Part shown: piece after piece, positions 1-10,170 of the stretch
Numbering within the stretch: position 1 is the first letter of the stretch
How the letters are laid out: each line of letters begins with the position of its first letter
From: Halalkalibacterium halodurans
GTDB lineage: Bacteria > Bacillota > Bacilli > Bacillales > Bacillaceae_D
Assembly: GCF_004376175.1 (NCBI RefSeq)
Contig: NZ_SNUY01000020.1
Coordinates: 6,541-38,540, forward strand
Length of the DNA: 32,000 nucleotides
Direction: 5' to 3'
Program-made: the position numbers and the translations under genes
Notes under the pieces: generated by a model
What the model was told of the DNA's origin: nothing
What the model saw: the letters and a program-made list of their open reading frames with translations, nothing else
Database searches by the model: none

Positions 1-207
1 CTTTCCTAAAGCCGCCTAGTCAATTTTTAAAAAAATAATGGCAATAGGTTTCTTTGTCATGCACATTTTTGAAAATACAATGAAAATAATGAGTGTGCAG
101 GCCATTCCAATCCAATTTCCAGTAATTTTGGTTCATTTCACCCGGAAAATTGTTATTTATTCCGAGACTCTATTAAAAGGCTACCCAAATAAGTGAGCAA
201 TTATGTT

Positions 208-1167
208 TCATTCACCTGTTAAAAGAGCTGTTAGGACAGCCTTTTGTGCATGGAGACGGTTTTCGGCTTGATCATAAATAGCCGAATGAGGACCGTCAAT
301 GACAGAAGCTGTTACTTCTTCTCCGCGGTGAGCTGGTAAGCAATGTAAGAAACTAACGTCCTTTTTGGCTAATGTTAAAAGCTGGTCATTCACTTGATAC
401 GGCTGGAATATCTCTTCACGCTCAGACTGCTCTGCTTCATATCCCATACTGGCCCAAACATCTGTATAGATCGCATCAGCATTTTCTGCGGCTACTTGCG
501 GGTTTGTCGTCTGAACGAGCGTTGCTCCTGTCTCTTTCGCTGCTTCTGTCGCTCGTTGAAAAATCTCCTGATCGACTTCGTATCCTTTTGGAGTAGCAAC
601 CGTCACATCCATGCCCGTTTTTGCCCCTATGGCAAGCAATGAATGGCAAACATTGTTCCCATCGCCAATATAAGCGAGCTTTTTACCAATAAGGGTCTCT
701 TTTTTCTCGAGAATCGTCAAGGCATCTGCAAGCGCCTGACAAGGATGATAAGCATCCGTTAATGCATTAATCACTGGTACGGTCGCATAGTGTGCAAGCT
801 CTTCCACAGACTCATGAGAATTCGTTCGAATCATAATTGCATCCACGTAGCGGGAAAGGACATTGGCGGTATCTTTAATTGGTTCTCCTCTACCAATTTG
901 CAAATCTTTTGGGCTTAAAAACAGTGCATGCCCTCCAAGTTGCGTCATTCCGACTTCAAATGACACCCGGGTTCTCGTCGACGCATTTTCAAAAATCATC
1001 CCGAGTGATTTTCCTGTAAGATAAGGGGTCGGCTCTCCATTCTTTGCTTTTTGCTTCAGCTCGAGCGCTTGGGTAAGAAGTTGCTGAACTTCCTCTGGTG
1101 TATAATCTAACAGTGTTAATAAGTCACGACCTTTTAAAGAGATGACTTTTTCTGACAAATGGTTCAT
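208..1167 (-). CDS. argF: ornithine carbamoyltransferase
   Basis: Motifs STRTR, HPCQ, DVWASMG and HCLP are present. It is the last gene of the arg cluster. I prefer the ATG at 1167 (MNHLSEK) because GGAGGAG lies 7-8 nt upstream; the ORF-track start at 1185 has no SD. Confidence 0.93.
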   Translation of the reverse strand: MNHLSEKVISLKGRDLLTLLDYTPEEVQQLLTQALELKQKAKNGEPTPYLTGKSLGMIFENASTRTRVSFEVGMTQLGGHALFLSPKDLQIGRGEPIKDTANVLSRYVDAIMIRTNSHESVEELAHYATVPVINALTDAYHPCQALADALTILEKKETLIGKKLAYIGDGNNVCHSLLAIGAKTGMDVTVATPKGYEVDQEIFQRATEAAKETGATLVQTTNPQVAAENADAIYTDVWASMGYEAEQSEREEIFQPYQVNDQLLTLAKKDVSFLHCLPAHRGEEVTASVIDGPHSAIYDQAENRLHAQKAVLTALLTGE

Positions 1168-1191
1168 CTCGTGTTCTCCTCCCATGGTTTC

Positions 1192-4100
1192 CTAATTCAT
1201 CACAACATCTGGAAGTAAAAACGGCTCGCCATCCTTTACTTCTAGACATTCAATCATTTTTTCGAAAGTGGCTAGATCAGACACGACCGTCACTCGTTGC
1301 TTCAATGCCTCTTCTCTATTTTGTTTTCCGGTTTTTTGCCCAGGAGCCGGAACACTCACTAAACAAATGGCATCCTCTGAAGCGAGCCACTCAGAAAAGG
1401 ACATCGCTTCCTCCGTTACAACTGAATACCCTTTTTCTTTTAATTGTCGAAGAAGCGGTTGCCATTCGGTATCGTACGCTCGATCCACTTGACAGAAAAC
1501 AGAGCCTTTTTTCCGGAAAAGCGCTGGAGTCTGTTCCTCTCCCCACGCAAACGCTTTTCGGAAAGCCGATGGGAGATCCTTACTAATAGCAATCAGCTCA
1601 CCAGTGGATTTCATTTCCGCTTCTAGTAATGGATCGAGCCCCGCGAGCTTTTGATATGAAAACACAGGTGCTTTTACCGTATAATACGGGGATTCCTTTC
1701 GGTAACCAGCTGATAGGCCTAACTCGGCAATGGTTTTACCGAACAAAACATCAATTGTATGCGTGATGAGTGGTAATGAAGTGGCCTTACTGAAAATCGG
1801 CACGGTCCGGGAAGCCCGGGGGTTCACTTCAATAACGTATAGCTCTTCATCATAAAGGACGAATTGAATATTGAATAATCCTTTGTACGCCATCCCTTTA
1901 GCAATTTGCCTTGTATAGTTGATCGCCTGTTGCTTCCACTTAGCTTCAAGTGTAGGTGGTGGAGTCACCGCCATACTATCACCAGAATGAACACCTGCTT
2001 TTTCCACATGTTCAAACATCCCCGGTATGAAAATATCAGATCCATCTGTTAATACATCGACTTCAAATTCCACACCCGGATAATAGGCGTCCACAAGTAT
2101 TGGGTACGTGACCGAATGGTTCTTGTCTTCACAAAAGGCCGCCAGTTCCTCCTGATTAGAAGCGATGAACATCCCTTGACCACCGATCACATACGATGGG
2201 CGGAGTAAAATTGGATAACCGATCGATTGTGCAGCTTTCAGTAGTTCTTCCTTCGTCTCTGCCGTCTTCCCTGGAATGTGAGGCACCTCGACGGAGCACA
2301 TAAATTCATAAAAACGCTCACGATCCTCTAGCTGGTCGATGACATCTTGCGTCGTCCCTAAAATCGAGACACCTGCTTCTTCAAGCCCTTTCGTAAGACC
2401 GATCGCTGTCTGTCCACCAAGCTGAACAATGACGTGATCTACATTTTCCACCTCGATGACGTTCAATACATCTTCTACAGCTAATGGCTCAAAGTAAAGA
2501 CGATCGGCTGTTTCATAATCAGTGCTGACCGTTTCCGGATTGTTGTTAATAATGATCGCTTCAAAGTTACGTGCTCTAAGGCTTTTGGCCCCATGTACAG
2601 AACAGTAATCAAATTCGATCCCTTGTCCAATACGAATCGGACCAGAGCCAATAATTAACACTCGTTCTTTTGCTTTTTCCGGTAGCAGTAAATCGTTTTC
2701 CCCAGTCCAACTAGAGTAGTAGTATGGCGTTTTTGCTTCAAATTCCGCCGCACACGTATCAACCATTTTGTAGCTTGGAACAACCCCTAACGCTTTTCGA
2801 GTGTGCCGAACATCAGCCAATCCAACTCCCCAACTAGATGCGAGCCATTCATCGGAAAATCCGTATTTTTTATAAGTGGAAAGTTCATCTGATGTTATGT
2901 CATCTAGTGATTGTCCTGCAATTTCCTTTTCCAATGTCATTAACTTGGCAAAGGAGGTGAGGAAAAAACGATCGATCTTCGTTTGCTCGTGAATCGCTTC
3001 AATTGTTACGCCACGGCGAAGCAGTTCAAGGATTGCAAAAAACCGGCGGTCATCCGCTTTTTTCACAATCGCCCATAACTCGCTGTCCTCCCATTGGCTA
3101 AGAGAAGGAAGAGAGAGTCCGTGCGTTTTGATTTCGAGCGAGCGTACCGCTTTTTGTAAGCCAGCCTCAAGATTCCGCTCGATCGCCATCACTTCACCAG
3201 TCGCTTTCATTTGCGTTCCTAGTTCGCGATTGACATGGACAAGTTTGTCAAACGGCCAACGTGGAAACTTTACAACAACATAATCAAGAGAAGGCTCAAA
3301 GCTCGCATACGTATCTTCGGTAACTGGGTTTTTTAGTTCGTGTAACCCGTAACCTAAGCTAAGCTTCGCTGCCATTCGTGCAATTGGATACCCTGTCGCC
3401 TTCGAAGCGAGCGCCGATGAACGACTCACGCGAGGATTGACTTCAATAAGATAGTATTGTTTGCTATCAGGGTCTAAGGCGAATTGAATGTTACAGCCGC
3501 CTACTATTCCAAGGGTACGAATGATCTTTAACGATGCTGAGCGAAGCATTTGATACTCTTGATCGGTTAACGTTTGTGACGGTGCGACAACGATTGAATC
3601 CCCTGTATGAACGCCAACTGGATCAATGTTTTCCATGTTACAAACAGTAATACACGTATCATTGCTGTCACGCATCACTTCATATTCAATTTCTTTAAAA
3701 CCAGCAATGCTTTTCTCGATCAAACATTGTTGAATCGGACTTAGTTCTAAGCCGCCTTTTACAATGCGGATGAGCGCTTCCTCTGATTCAGCGATTCCAC
3801 CACCAGCACCGCCAAGGGTATAGGCTGGCCGAACGATAATTGGATAACCAACCGTGTTTGCAAAATCAACGGCTTCTGCCACTGAATGAACAATTTCGCT
3901 TTCTGGTACAGGCTCATGGAGCTCATGCATTAATTGACGAAACGCTTCTCGGTCTTCCCCTTTTTTAATTGACTCCATGGGTGTCCCTAATAGCTCCACA
4001 TTGTAGGCCTCTAAGATACCAGCTTCCTCTAGTTTCATCGCCAGGTTAAGGCCTGTTTGCCCACCTAATGTTGCCAGTAAGCCATCAGGTCGTTCCCGTT

Positions 4101-4335
4101 CAATAATGTTCTTCACACTGGCAACCGTTAATGGCTCGAAATAAACGACATCAGCGCACGCTTCATCCGTCATAACCGTTGCTGGGTTGTTGTTGACGAG
4201 AATGACTTGGATCCCTTCTTCTCTTAAGGCGAGGCATGCTTGTGCGCCAGCGTAATCAAATTCAGCCGCTTGCCCGATGACAATCGGACCTGAGCCGATT
4301 ACGAGTACTGATTGAATATCCGTCCGTTTAGGCAT
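1192..4335 (-). CDS. carB: carbamoyl-phosphate synthase large subunit (arginine-specific paralogue by context)
   Basis: 1047 aa with two ATP-grasp halves, each opening with GPIVIGQAAEFDYAG or GPIRIGQGIEFDY. The ATG overlaps the carA stop (ATGCCTAA). It is embedded between argD/carA and argF. Confidence 0.95.
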   Translation of the reverse strand: MPKRTDIQSVLVIGSGPIVIGQAAEFDYAGAQACLALREEGIQVILVNNNPATVMTDEACADVVYFEPLTVASVKNIIERERPDGLLATLGGQTGLNLAMKLEEAGILEAYNVELLGTPMESIKKGEDREAFRQLMHELHEPVPESEIVHSVAEAVDFANTVGYPIIVRPAYTLGGAGGGIAESEEALIRIVKGGLELSPIQQCLIEKSIAGFKEIEYEVMRDSNDTCITVCNMENIDPVGVHTGDSIVVAPSQTLTDQEYQMLRSASLKIIRTLGIVGGCNIQFALDPDSKQYYLIEVNPRVSRSSALASKATGYPIARMAAKLSLGYGLHELKNPVTEDTYASFEPSLDYVVVKFPRWPFDKLVHVNRELGTQMKATGEVMAIERNLEAGLQKAVRSLEIKTHGLSLPSLSQWEDSELWAIVKKADDRRFFAILELLRRGVTIEAIHEQTKIDRFFLTSFAKLMTLEKEIAGQSLDDITSDELSTYKKYGFSDEWLASSWGVGLADVRHTRKALGVVPSYKMVDTCAAEFEAKTPYYYSSWTGENDLLLPEKAKERVLIIGSGPIRIGQGIEFDYCSVHGAKSLRARNFEAIIINNNPETVSTDYETADRLYFEPLAVEDVLNVIEVENVDHVIVQLGGQTAIGLTKGLEEAGVSILGTTQDVIDQLEDRERFYEFMCSVEVPHIPGKTAETKEELLKAAQSIGYPILLRPSYVIGGQGMFIASNQEELAAFCEDKNHSVTYPILVDAYYPGVEFEVDVLTDGSDIFIPGMFEHVEKAGVHSGDSMAVTPPPTLEAKWKQQAINYTRQIAKGMAYKGLFNIQFVLYDEELYVIEVNPRASRTVPIFSKATSLPLITHTIDVLFGKTIAELGLSAGYRKESPYYTVKAPVFSYQKLAGLDPLLEAEMKSTGELIAISKDLPSAFRKAFAWGEEQTPALFRKKGSVFCQVDRAYDTEWQPLLRQLKEKGYSVVTEEAMSFSEWLASEDAICLVSVPAPGQKTGKQNREEALKQRVTVVSDLATFEKMIECLEVKDGEPFLLPDVVMN

Positions 4336-5407
4336 AGGTTTTCTCTCTCCCCTTTGCTGCTACATCATCGATGAATGAGTGAAAAATTTCGTCACTGTCA
4401 CTTGGCCCTGGATGAGCCTCTGGGTGGAATTGAACCGTCTGAATCGGTAAATGTTTGTGGGTTAACCCCTCAATGGAACCGTCATTAATATTTTTAAACG
4501 TAGTGTCCCAATCCGTTCGTTGGAGTGAGTCTTCCTTCACTACGTAACTATGGTTTTGTGACGTCATATACACACGATTCGACTTCAGGTTGATCACGGG
4601 TTGGTTCGCTCCCCGATGACCGAAACGGAGCTTCTCCGTGTCTGCACCAAAGGCTAAGGCGAGCAACTGGTGTCCAAGGCAAATCCCGAGACTCGGATAG
4701 GTCGATGCAAGGCGATAAATAGTCGGAAGCCGATCCTCGATTTGCTTTGGATCTCCTGGACCGTTCGAAAATAAGAGACCATCTGGATTTAATTCTTGCA
4801 CCACTTCAAACGAAACATCGTAGGGAACAATCGTCACCTGACAATCACGTTTTAGTAAAGAATTTAAGATCGATTGTTTAAACCCGTAATCAATTAAAAC
4901 AATGTGAGGACCGTTCCCTTCAAACGTCTCTACTTTTTTCGTTGACACTTCATCCACTAACGCCCGCTCAGACAGGGGCACCCACTCTTCAAATGACACA
5001 CGGGAAAGGTCGGTCGTGATGACCGCAGGCATATCACCTTGCTCACGAATTCGTTTCACGACAGCTCTCGTATCAATGCCTGTTAGTAGCGGAAGCTGGT
5101 GCTGATCACAAAATTGCTGCAACGATTGAGTCGCTTCATAATGGTGTCCTTCTTCCGATTGTTCACTAACGATAAGCCCAGCGGCTTGTGGCTCCTTGCT
5201 TTCAAAATCTGAAGCGTTGATCCCGTAATTCCCGATAAGAGGGTATGTGAAGACAACTAGCTGCCCTTTAAACGATGGATCACTTAACACCTCTTGGTAG
5301 CCAGTCATTCCCGTAAAGAAAACAACCTCTCCATATACATCCTCTTTTGCATTCGCGATCTCTCCAGCAAATGTTTCCCCTGTCGCTAATACTAAATATG
5401 CCTTCAC
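4328..5407 (-). CDS. carA: carbamoyl-phosphate synthase small (glutaminase) subunit
   Basis: Class-I amidotransferase motifs LGICLGHQLL and FHPEA are present. GTG start with GGAGG 9 nt upstream. Overlaps carB by 8 nt. Confidence 0.93.
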   Translation of the reverse strand: MKAYLVLATGETFAGEIANAKEDVYGEVVFFTGMTGYQEVLSDPSFKGQLVVFTYPLIGNYGINASDFESKEPQAAGLIVSEQSEEGHHYEATQSLQQFCDQHQLPLLTGIDTRAVVKRIREQGDMPAVITTDLSRVSFEEWVPLSERALVDEVSTKKVETFEGNGPHIVLIDYGFKQSILNSLLKRDCQVTIVPYDVSFEVVQELNPDGLLFSNGPGDPKQIEDRLPTIYRLASTYPSLGICLGHQLLALAFGADTEKLRFGHRGANQPVINLKSNRVYMTSQNHSYVVKEDSLQRTDWDTTFKNINDGSIEGLTHKHLPIQTVQFHPEAHPGPSDSDEIFHSFIDDVAAKGREKTYA

Positions 5408-5447
5408 CTTCGCTCGCCTCCAAAAATCGAATACTTATTACTCCTTA

Positions 5448-5465
5448 AGAATTTTTATACATTCA
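5448..5465 (-). promoter_or_regulatory. ARG-box-like inverted repeat in the argD-carA spacer
   Basis: The minus strand reads TGAAT-gtataaaa-ATTCT. This is the same TGAAT-N8-ATTC architecture, with the same flanking TTGAAT hexamer, as the site at the argC promoter. Confidence 0.4.
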
Positions 5466-5482
5466 ATCGCTAAAAAAATACG

Positions 5483-6637
5483 TTAAGCGTGTACGGAAGC
5501 TTGATCAAGCACTTCCTTCAATTGTGTGACCGCCTCGTGCAACTCTTCCGAAGTCACAACGAGAGGTGGCAACAGACGAATCACATTCGGCCCTGCGTTT
5601 AAGACTAACAAGCCTTTTTCCCGCAGTTGTTTGATGAAAGGGGCCCCTTCTTCTTGAAGCTCGATTCCGACTAAAAGCCCGTTGCCTCGAATCTCTTTCA
5701 CAATCTCTAGACCGGAAAGGGCTTCGTTCAAACCGCTCAACAACTGCTTTCCTTTTTCTTGCACAGCCTGTAAAAAGTTAGGCTGGAACACTTCTGTCAG
5801 TACCGCTTGTGCGGCCGCCATTGCTAGCGGGTTTCCACCGAACGTAGAGCCGTGACTTCCTGCTGAAAAAGCGTCGATCAAATGTTGTTTTCCAAGCATC
5901 GCGCCGACTGGAAAACCGTTTCCGAGTCCTTTTGCGACCGTTATGATATCAGGTGTTAGCTCGTATTGCTGGAAGGCGAATGCCGTCCCTGTACGGCCAA
6001 TTCCTGTTTGAATTTCATCTACTATAAGTAAAATCCCATGCTCCTGACATACATAATTCACACTAGCGGCAAACTCAGGATCAATAAGGTTCACGCCACC
6101 CTCTCCTTGAATTACCTCAAGGACAATCGCAGCTGTTTGCTCGTTTACAACCTGTTTTAAAGCCGCAATGTCATTGAATGGAACGTGATGGAACGTTTCT
6201 AGCATCGGACCGAATCCAGTCTTAATTTTGTCCTGTCCTGTCGCAGACATCGTTCCGAGTGTACGCCCGTGAAACGATTGAGTAAATGTGACGATCTCGT
6301 GCTTGCCCGTTGCTTTACGTGCAAGCTTAATTGCCGCCTCATTGGCCTCTGCCCCGCTGTTGCAAAAAAAGACAGCATCCATTCCGCTTTGCTCCGTTAA
6401 CAGTGCTGCTACATTTTCTTGAATTGGAATATGGAATAAGTTCGACACGTGCCAAAACGAATGAAGCTGCTCTTCTACGGCAGCCACGACCTTCGGATGG
6501 CAATGACCGAGGTTACAAACAGCGATTCCTGAGACAAAATCTAAATATTCATTTCCTTGGTTATCATAAAGCTTTGTTCCTTTTCCAGAAGTAATCGTTA
6601 CATCCCATTTGGCATATGTGGGAAAAAGATGGCTCAT
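5483..6637 (-). CDS. argD: acetylornithine aminotransferase
   Basis: Class-III PLP aminotransferase motifs [11 protein letters not shown] and TVAKGLGNG are present. GGAGAGGA SD. The position in the arg operon fits. Confidence 0.92.
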   Translation of the reverse strand: MSHLFPTYAKWDVTITSGKGTKLYDNQGNEYLDFVSGIAVCNLGHCHPKVVAAVEEQLHSFWHVSNLFHIPIQENVAALLTEQSGMDAVFFCNSGAEANEAAIKLARKATGKHEIVTFTQSFHGRTLGTMSATGQDKIKTGFGPMLETFHHVPFNDIAALKQVVNEQTAAIVLEVIQGEGGVNLIDPEFAASVNYVCQEHGILLIVDEIQTGIGRTGTAFAFQQYELTPDIITVAKGLGNGFPVGAMLGKQHLIDAFSAGSHGSTFGGNPLAMAAAQAVLTEVFQPNFLQAVQEKGKQLLSGLNEALSGLEIVKEIRGNGLLVGIELQEEGAPFIKQLREKGLLVLNAGPNVIRLLPPLVVTSEELHEAVTQLKEVLDQASVHA

Positions 6638-6649
6638 CGCGTTCCTCTC

Positions 6650-7432
6650 CTATCCTTGCGAATGAATGACTTGCTTTTTTATCGTCGTTCCGATCAACTT
6701 CCCAGACTCTGCAAAAAACACGTCGTTGCCATTAACGATCGAAACAGCCTCAAGGGTCCCTGTCAAACTATGAATTGCGGAACGAACCTTTGGAATCATC
6801 CCGCCATAGATCGTGCCCTCTTCAATCAATGACTCTACTTCCTCAGGCGTTAAAGCAGGGACTAACTCATCATCCTTTAAAATTCCTGCAACATCGGTTA
6901 CGAAGATTAGTTCTTTTGCTTGTAACGCAGTAGCAACCGCCCCTGCGACCGTGTCTGCATTCACATTGTACGGTTCAAATTCATCATTGACGCCGATTGG
7001 AGCGAGCACCGGGACAAATCCGTCAGCTACAAGCATATGCAAAAGTTCACCATTAACGTGCACCGGTTCACCCACGTAGCCAAGATTTGCTTCATCGATC
7101 GCCTTGACGCGAACGAGTTCACCGTCAGAGCCAGATAATCCAATGCTTTTCACGCCTGCTTTTTGCAGTTTGCGGACGACCTTTTTATTCGTCTGACCAC
7201 ACAATACCATTTCGGCCACTGACAACACGGAATCCGTTGTTTTTCGCAAACCATCAACAAACGTTGTTTCAACCTCGAGCTTGGCGAGCATGCCATTAAT
7301 GGCTGGTCCGCCCCCATGCACAATGATCGGTTTCGCTCCTTCGGCCTGCAAGCGCCGAACACTCGTAAAAAATGAATCTGACAGTGAATCTAATACACTT
7401 CCCCCGCATTTAATGACGACAATGTCCCCCAT
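6650..7432 (-). CDS. argB: acetylglutamate kinase
   Basis: Amino-acid kinase motifs VIKCGGS and HGGGP are present. I prefer the ATG at 7432 (MGDIVVIK) with AAAGGAG upstream; the ORF-track start at 7498 would overlap argJ by 38 nt. Confidence 0.9.
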   Translation of the reverse strand: MGDIVVIKCGGSVLDSLSDSFFTSVRRLQAEGAKPIIVHGGGPAINGMLAKLEVETTFVDGLRKTTDSVLSVAEMVLCGQTNKKVVRKLQKAGVKSIGLSGSDGELVRVKAIDEANLGYVGEPVHVNGELLHMLVADGFVPVLAPIGVNDEFEPYNVNADTVAGAVATALQAKELIFVTDVAGILKDDELVPALTPEEVESLIEEGTIYGGMIPKVRSAIHSLTGTLEAVSIVNGNDVFFAESGKLIGTTIKKQVIHSQG

Positions 7433-7460
7433 AAATGTTTCCGCTCCTTTTTTCAATCCC

Positions 7461-8696
7461 TTACGTTCGATAACCGGCATTAATTCGTACGTAATCATAG
7501 GTTAAATCACAGCCCCACGCTTTCCCTGTCCCATTGCCAATATGAAGGTTCACCGAGATTTTTACAGGGTCTGCTTCTTTCAAGTAAGCTGTTGCTTCCT
7601 CTTCTGAAAAGCCTGTAGGCTCACTTTGCTTTAATGTCACAATCGGTCCGATCGCTATATCAATTGTCTCTTGATTAACTTCACAACCGCTGTACCCAAT
7701 CGCACAAATGACCCTTCCCCAGTTGGCATCAGCCCCGTAAATCGCTGTTTTGACAAGATCAGAACCGACGATTTGCTTCGCCACCATTCCTGCTTCTTGA
7801 TCATTAGCAGCGCCTGTGACTTCGACTTCGATCAATTTTGTCGCCCCTTCGCCATCACGGGCAATTTGCTTCGCGAGATCTTCACAAGCAAGCTGGAGTG
7901 CCTTGTAAAAATTAGCCCAATCGGGATGCTCCGGTGTAAGAGTTTCGTTTTCGGCAAGACCGCTCGCCATGACGACAACCATGTCATTTGTTGATGTATC
8001 TCCATCCACGGTAATTCGATTAAAGGTCTCATTCGTAATCGCCGATAACGCCCCTTGAAGATGACCATGATCAATATTTGCATCCGTTGTCACGAACGAT
8101 AACATCGTCGCCATATTCGGATGAATCATCCCTGATCCTTTTGCAACTCCTCCAACAGTAACGGTCATACCATTTACTATCGTTTGATAGCACGTATGCT
8201 TTTCTACCGTATCGGTCGTTAAAATCGCTTCATTAAACGCGTGAGCGCCCTCGATAGTCGCTTCTGGCTTCAATTGACGAATCCCATTCGTGATGACGTC
8301 CATCGGTAAAAATTCGCCGATCACTCCCGTAGAGGTCACCGCAACATAATGCTCTGGAATGTGAAATGTTTCTGCCCCTACCGCTCTCATCGTATAGGCA
8401 TCATCCAATCCCCGTTTTCCCGTACAAGCGTTAGCAATTCCACTGTTGACGATCATCGCCTGCAGCTTCCCTTCCACGGCAATGCTTTCTTGTGTCACCT
8501 TTAACGGTGCCGCCTGCACTTTGTTTAATGTATAAACAGCCGCGCTGCTCGCAGGAACTTCACAAACAATCGCGCCTAAATCTTTTCGCTTTCGCTTGAC
8601 ACCCGTATGAATGCCTACGGCGGAGAAGCCTTTCGCCGATGTCACGCTGCCCGTTTCAAGTTTTAAGACATTTGCTGTTTCATTGATGACGTTCAT
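7461..8696 (-). CDS. argJ: bifunctional ornithine acetyltransferase / N-acetylglutamate synthase
   Basis: The autoprocessing site PNMATMLSFVTTDA is present and the length is typical. I prefer the ATG at 8696 (MNVINE) with GGAGG 8 nt upstream. Confidence 0.92.
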   Translation of the reverse strand: MNVINETANVLKLETGSVTSAKGFSAVGIHTGVKRKRKDLGAIVCEVPASSAAVYTLNKVQAAPLKVTQESIAVEGKLQAMIVNSGIANACTGKRGLDDAYTMRAVGAETFHIPEHYVAVTSTGVIGEFLPMDVITNGIRQLKPEATIEGAHAFNEAILTTDTVEKHTCYQTIVNGMTVTVGGVAKGSGMIHPNMATMLSFVTTDANIDHGHLQGALSAITNETFNRITVDGDTSTNDMVVVMASGLAENETLTPEHPDWANFYKALQLACEDLAKQIARDGEGATKLIEVEVTGAANDQEAGMVAKQIVGSDLVKTAIYGADANWGRVICAIGYSGCEVNQETIDIAIGPIVTLKQSEPTGFSEEEATAYLKEADPVKISVNLHIGNGTGKAWGCDLTYDYVRINAGYRT

Positions 8697-8710
8697 CTCT
8701 ATCGCCTCCA

Positions 8711-9748
8711 TCACGGGTATAGGGGAGAGCTTTCCAAGCCCAATGTTTCCTCATATCCGTTCATTACGTTGTAGTTTTGTATCGCTTGCCCTGCAGCACC
8801 TTTCACCAAATTATCAATCACCGAAACGACCGTGATTCGATTCGTCCGCTCATCATAAGTCACGCCGATGTGACAACGATTGCTCCCAAACACTTCTTTC
8901 GTTGCTGGGTAATGCCCCTCTGAGTACACATGAACGAACGGTGACGTCTCATACACGTACGCAAAATGTTCGCGCAATTCCTTTTCAGAGATTGCTTGAT
9001 TAGCCTCAGCATAAATGGTCGCCATAATTCCTCGAACCATTGGGACGAGATGTGTAGAGAAGGTAACATTGCCGACCGACTCATCCCAGTTACGCAATTG
9101 TTGCTCAATCTCCGGTGTATGTTTGTGCTGGTTCACTTGATAGATTTTAAAGTTTTCGTTCATCTCACTAAAATGGGTAATCTGCGAAGGGTTTCGTCCA
9201 GCCCCTGATGTTCCTGATTTCGCATCAATAATGATTCGTTTCGGGTCAATCCATTTCTGTTGTACTAATGGCGCTAACCCGAGCAGGACAGCCGTTGGAT
9301 AGCAACCTGGATTGGCAATGATTTGGGCCGCTGCTATTTCGTCACGTTGCCATTCGGTTAATCCGTATACAGCGCCTCGGATCGTTCCCACTGGAGCCGC
9401 TTGTCGCTTATACCAAGCTTCATAGACATCTGGTTCATTTATTCGCAAATCACCAGATAAATCGATCACCTTCAGGCCTAATTTCACAAGATCAGGTGTC
9501 AACTCTCCCGATACTCCAGGTGGTGTCGCTAAAAACACGGTATCCACGTCCGCGCGTATCGCTTCTGGATCGATTGCCTTTAACGTCCAGCGCACGTTTC
9601 CAGAAAGGTGCGGATACATGTCATCTAACGGTAACCCTTCTTGTGATGATGAATAGCAGATGATTTCCTCAACGTTCGGATGCTGCGATAACAGACGAAT
9701 GAGTTCTAGTCCTCCGTAGCCTGTTGCACCGACAATACCAACCTTCAC
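8711..9748 (-). CDS. argC: N-acetyl-gamma-glutamyl-phosphate reductase
   Basis: N-terminal GATGYGG and catalytic-Cys motif ANPGCYPT are present. GTG start with GGGGGAGAA SD. First gene of the operon. Confidence 0.93.
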   Translation of the reverse strand: MKVGIVGATGYGGLELIRLLSQHPNVEEIICYSSSQEGLPLDDMYPHLSGNVRWTLKAIDPEAIRADVDTVFLATPPGVSGELTPDLVKLGLKVIDLSGDLRINEPDVYEAWYKRQAAPVGTIRGAVYGLTEWQRDEIAAAQIIANPGCYPTAVLLGLAPLVQQKWIDPKRIIIDAKSGTSGAGRNPSQITHFSEMNENFKIYQVNQHKHTPEIEQQLRNWDESVGNVTFSTHLVPMVRGIMATIYAEANQAISEKELREHFAYVYETSPFVHVYSEGHYPATKEVFGSNRCHIGVTYDERTNRITVVSVIDNLVKGAAGQAIQNYNVMNGYEETLGLESSPLYP

Positions 9749-9799
9749 GATTGTTCTCCCCCAATATCTGTTTTCAGAACTTTTTTAACGTTGCTTCTG

Positions 9800-9828
9800 A
9801 TTATAAAACTGAATAAAAATAAATTCAA
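9800..9828 (-). promoter_or_regulatory. sigmaA-type promoter of the arg operon
   Basis: The minus strand reads TTGAAT (9828..9823), a 17-nt spacer, then a perfect TATAAT (9805..9800). It lies about 50 nt upstream of the argC GTG. Confidence 0.7.
9810..9827. promoter_or_regulatory. ARG-box-like operator (candidate AhrC/ArgR site)
   Basis: TGAAT-aaaaataa-ATTCA is an inverted repeat covering the -35 element and the spacer. The left part, TGAATAAAAAT, matches the Bacillus ARG-box consensus as I remember it. Confidence 0.55.
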
Positions 9829-10078
9829 CTGTATTTTTATATATTTTTGTTTTATTTTCTAATCGGCGAAAATGACAAACGATAAGTGCTGAAGTTTTCA
9901 TGTTTAGCTCCCGTTCTCGTCGGTGTTCATTCATGACTCTGTATAAGCGGCCGCTTAAATCCATAGCTACAACTGAGTGAAAAGAATGATGGTCGCTTTT
10001 TAGAACCTTGATGATTTGTGCTTTGTATAAGGTCTCTCCGTTTATACCTTTTAATAAAAGTACCATTTCCTTAGAGTG

Positions 10079-10117
10079 AAAAAAGAGCGCCGATACCATC
10101 TCGTGGTCAGCACTCTT
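10079..10117 (-). terminator. rho-independent terminator
   Basis: Minus-strand hairpin AAGAGTGCTGACCA / TGGTATCGGCGCTCTT: 11 bp including 2 G-U pairs, a bulge, then 3 bp. A run of 6 T follows. Confidence 0.6.
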
Positions 10118-10170
10118 CCTCTTTATTCATTGAGCTCGCTCCTTAAACATTTCTGGCGAGCTAGATTGAT

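Noticed and set aside
20-136. A 38-aa Cys/His-rich minus-strand mini-ORF (MNQNYWKLDWNGLHTHYFHCIFKNVHDKETYCHYFFKN) downstream of argF.
   Set aside because: Its only SD-like sequence is weak (GGGTG at 3-nt spacing), the region is A/T-rich, and I recognise no family. It cannot be supported from sequence alone.
1192-5407. Possibility that carA/carB are the pyrimidine-pathway paralogues pyrAA/pyrAB.
   Set aside because: The genes lie inside argCJBD-...-argF with overlapping or tightly spaced junctions and no pyr genes nearby. The large subunit is 1047 aa, close to the arginine-specific B. subtilis CarB as I remember it.
372-9208. Many 60-125-aa ORFs antisense to, or out of frame within, argF, carB, argD, argB, argJ and argC. 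Examples are 372..596, 1268..1492, 6331..6594, 7671..7994 and 8860..9108.
   Set aside because: All are nested in long, motif-verified genes, lack SD sequences and have non-protein-like composition. The same reasoning applies to nested ORFs inside malL, ctaG, the SWIM and SNF2 genes, the transposase, and the yitT-like, yitV-like and AI-2E genes.
9785-10099. A 104-aa minus-strand ORF between the small-ORF locus and argC.
   Set aside because: Its 5' end lies inside the terminator hairpin at 10079..10117. Its 3' third runs through the A/T-rich arg promoter and ARG-box. The only internal Met with an SD-like sequence (10066) has AAGGA directly abutting the ATG. It is probably non-coding, though a short Sm-like beta-rich protein cannot be excluded without homology searches.
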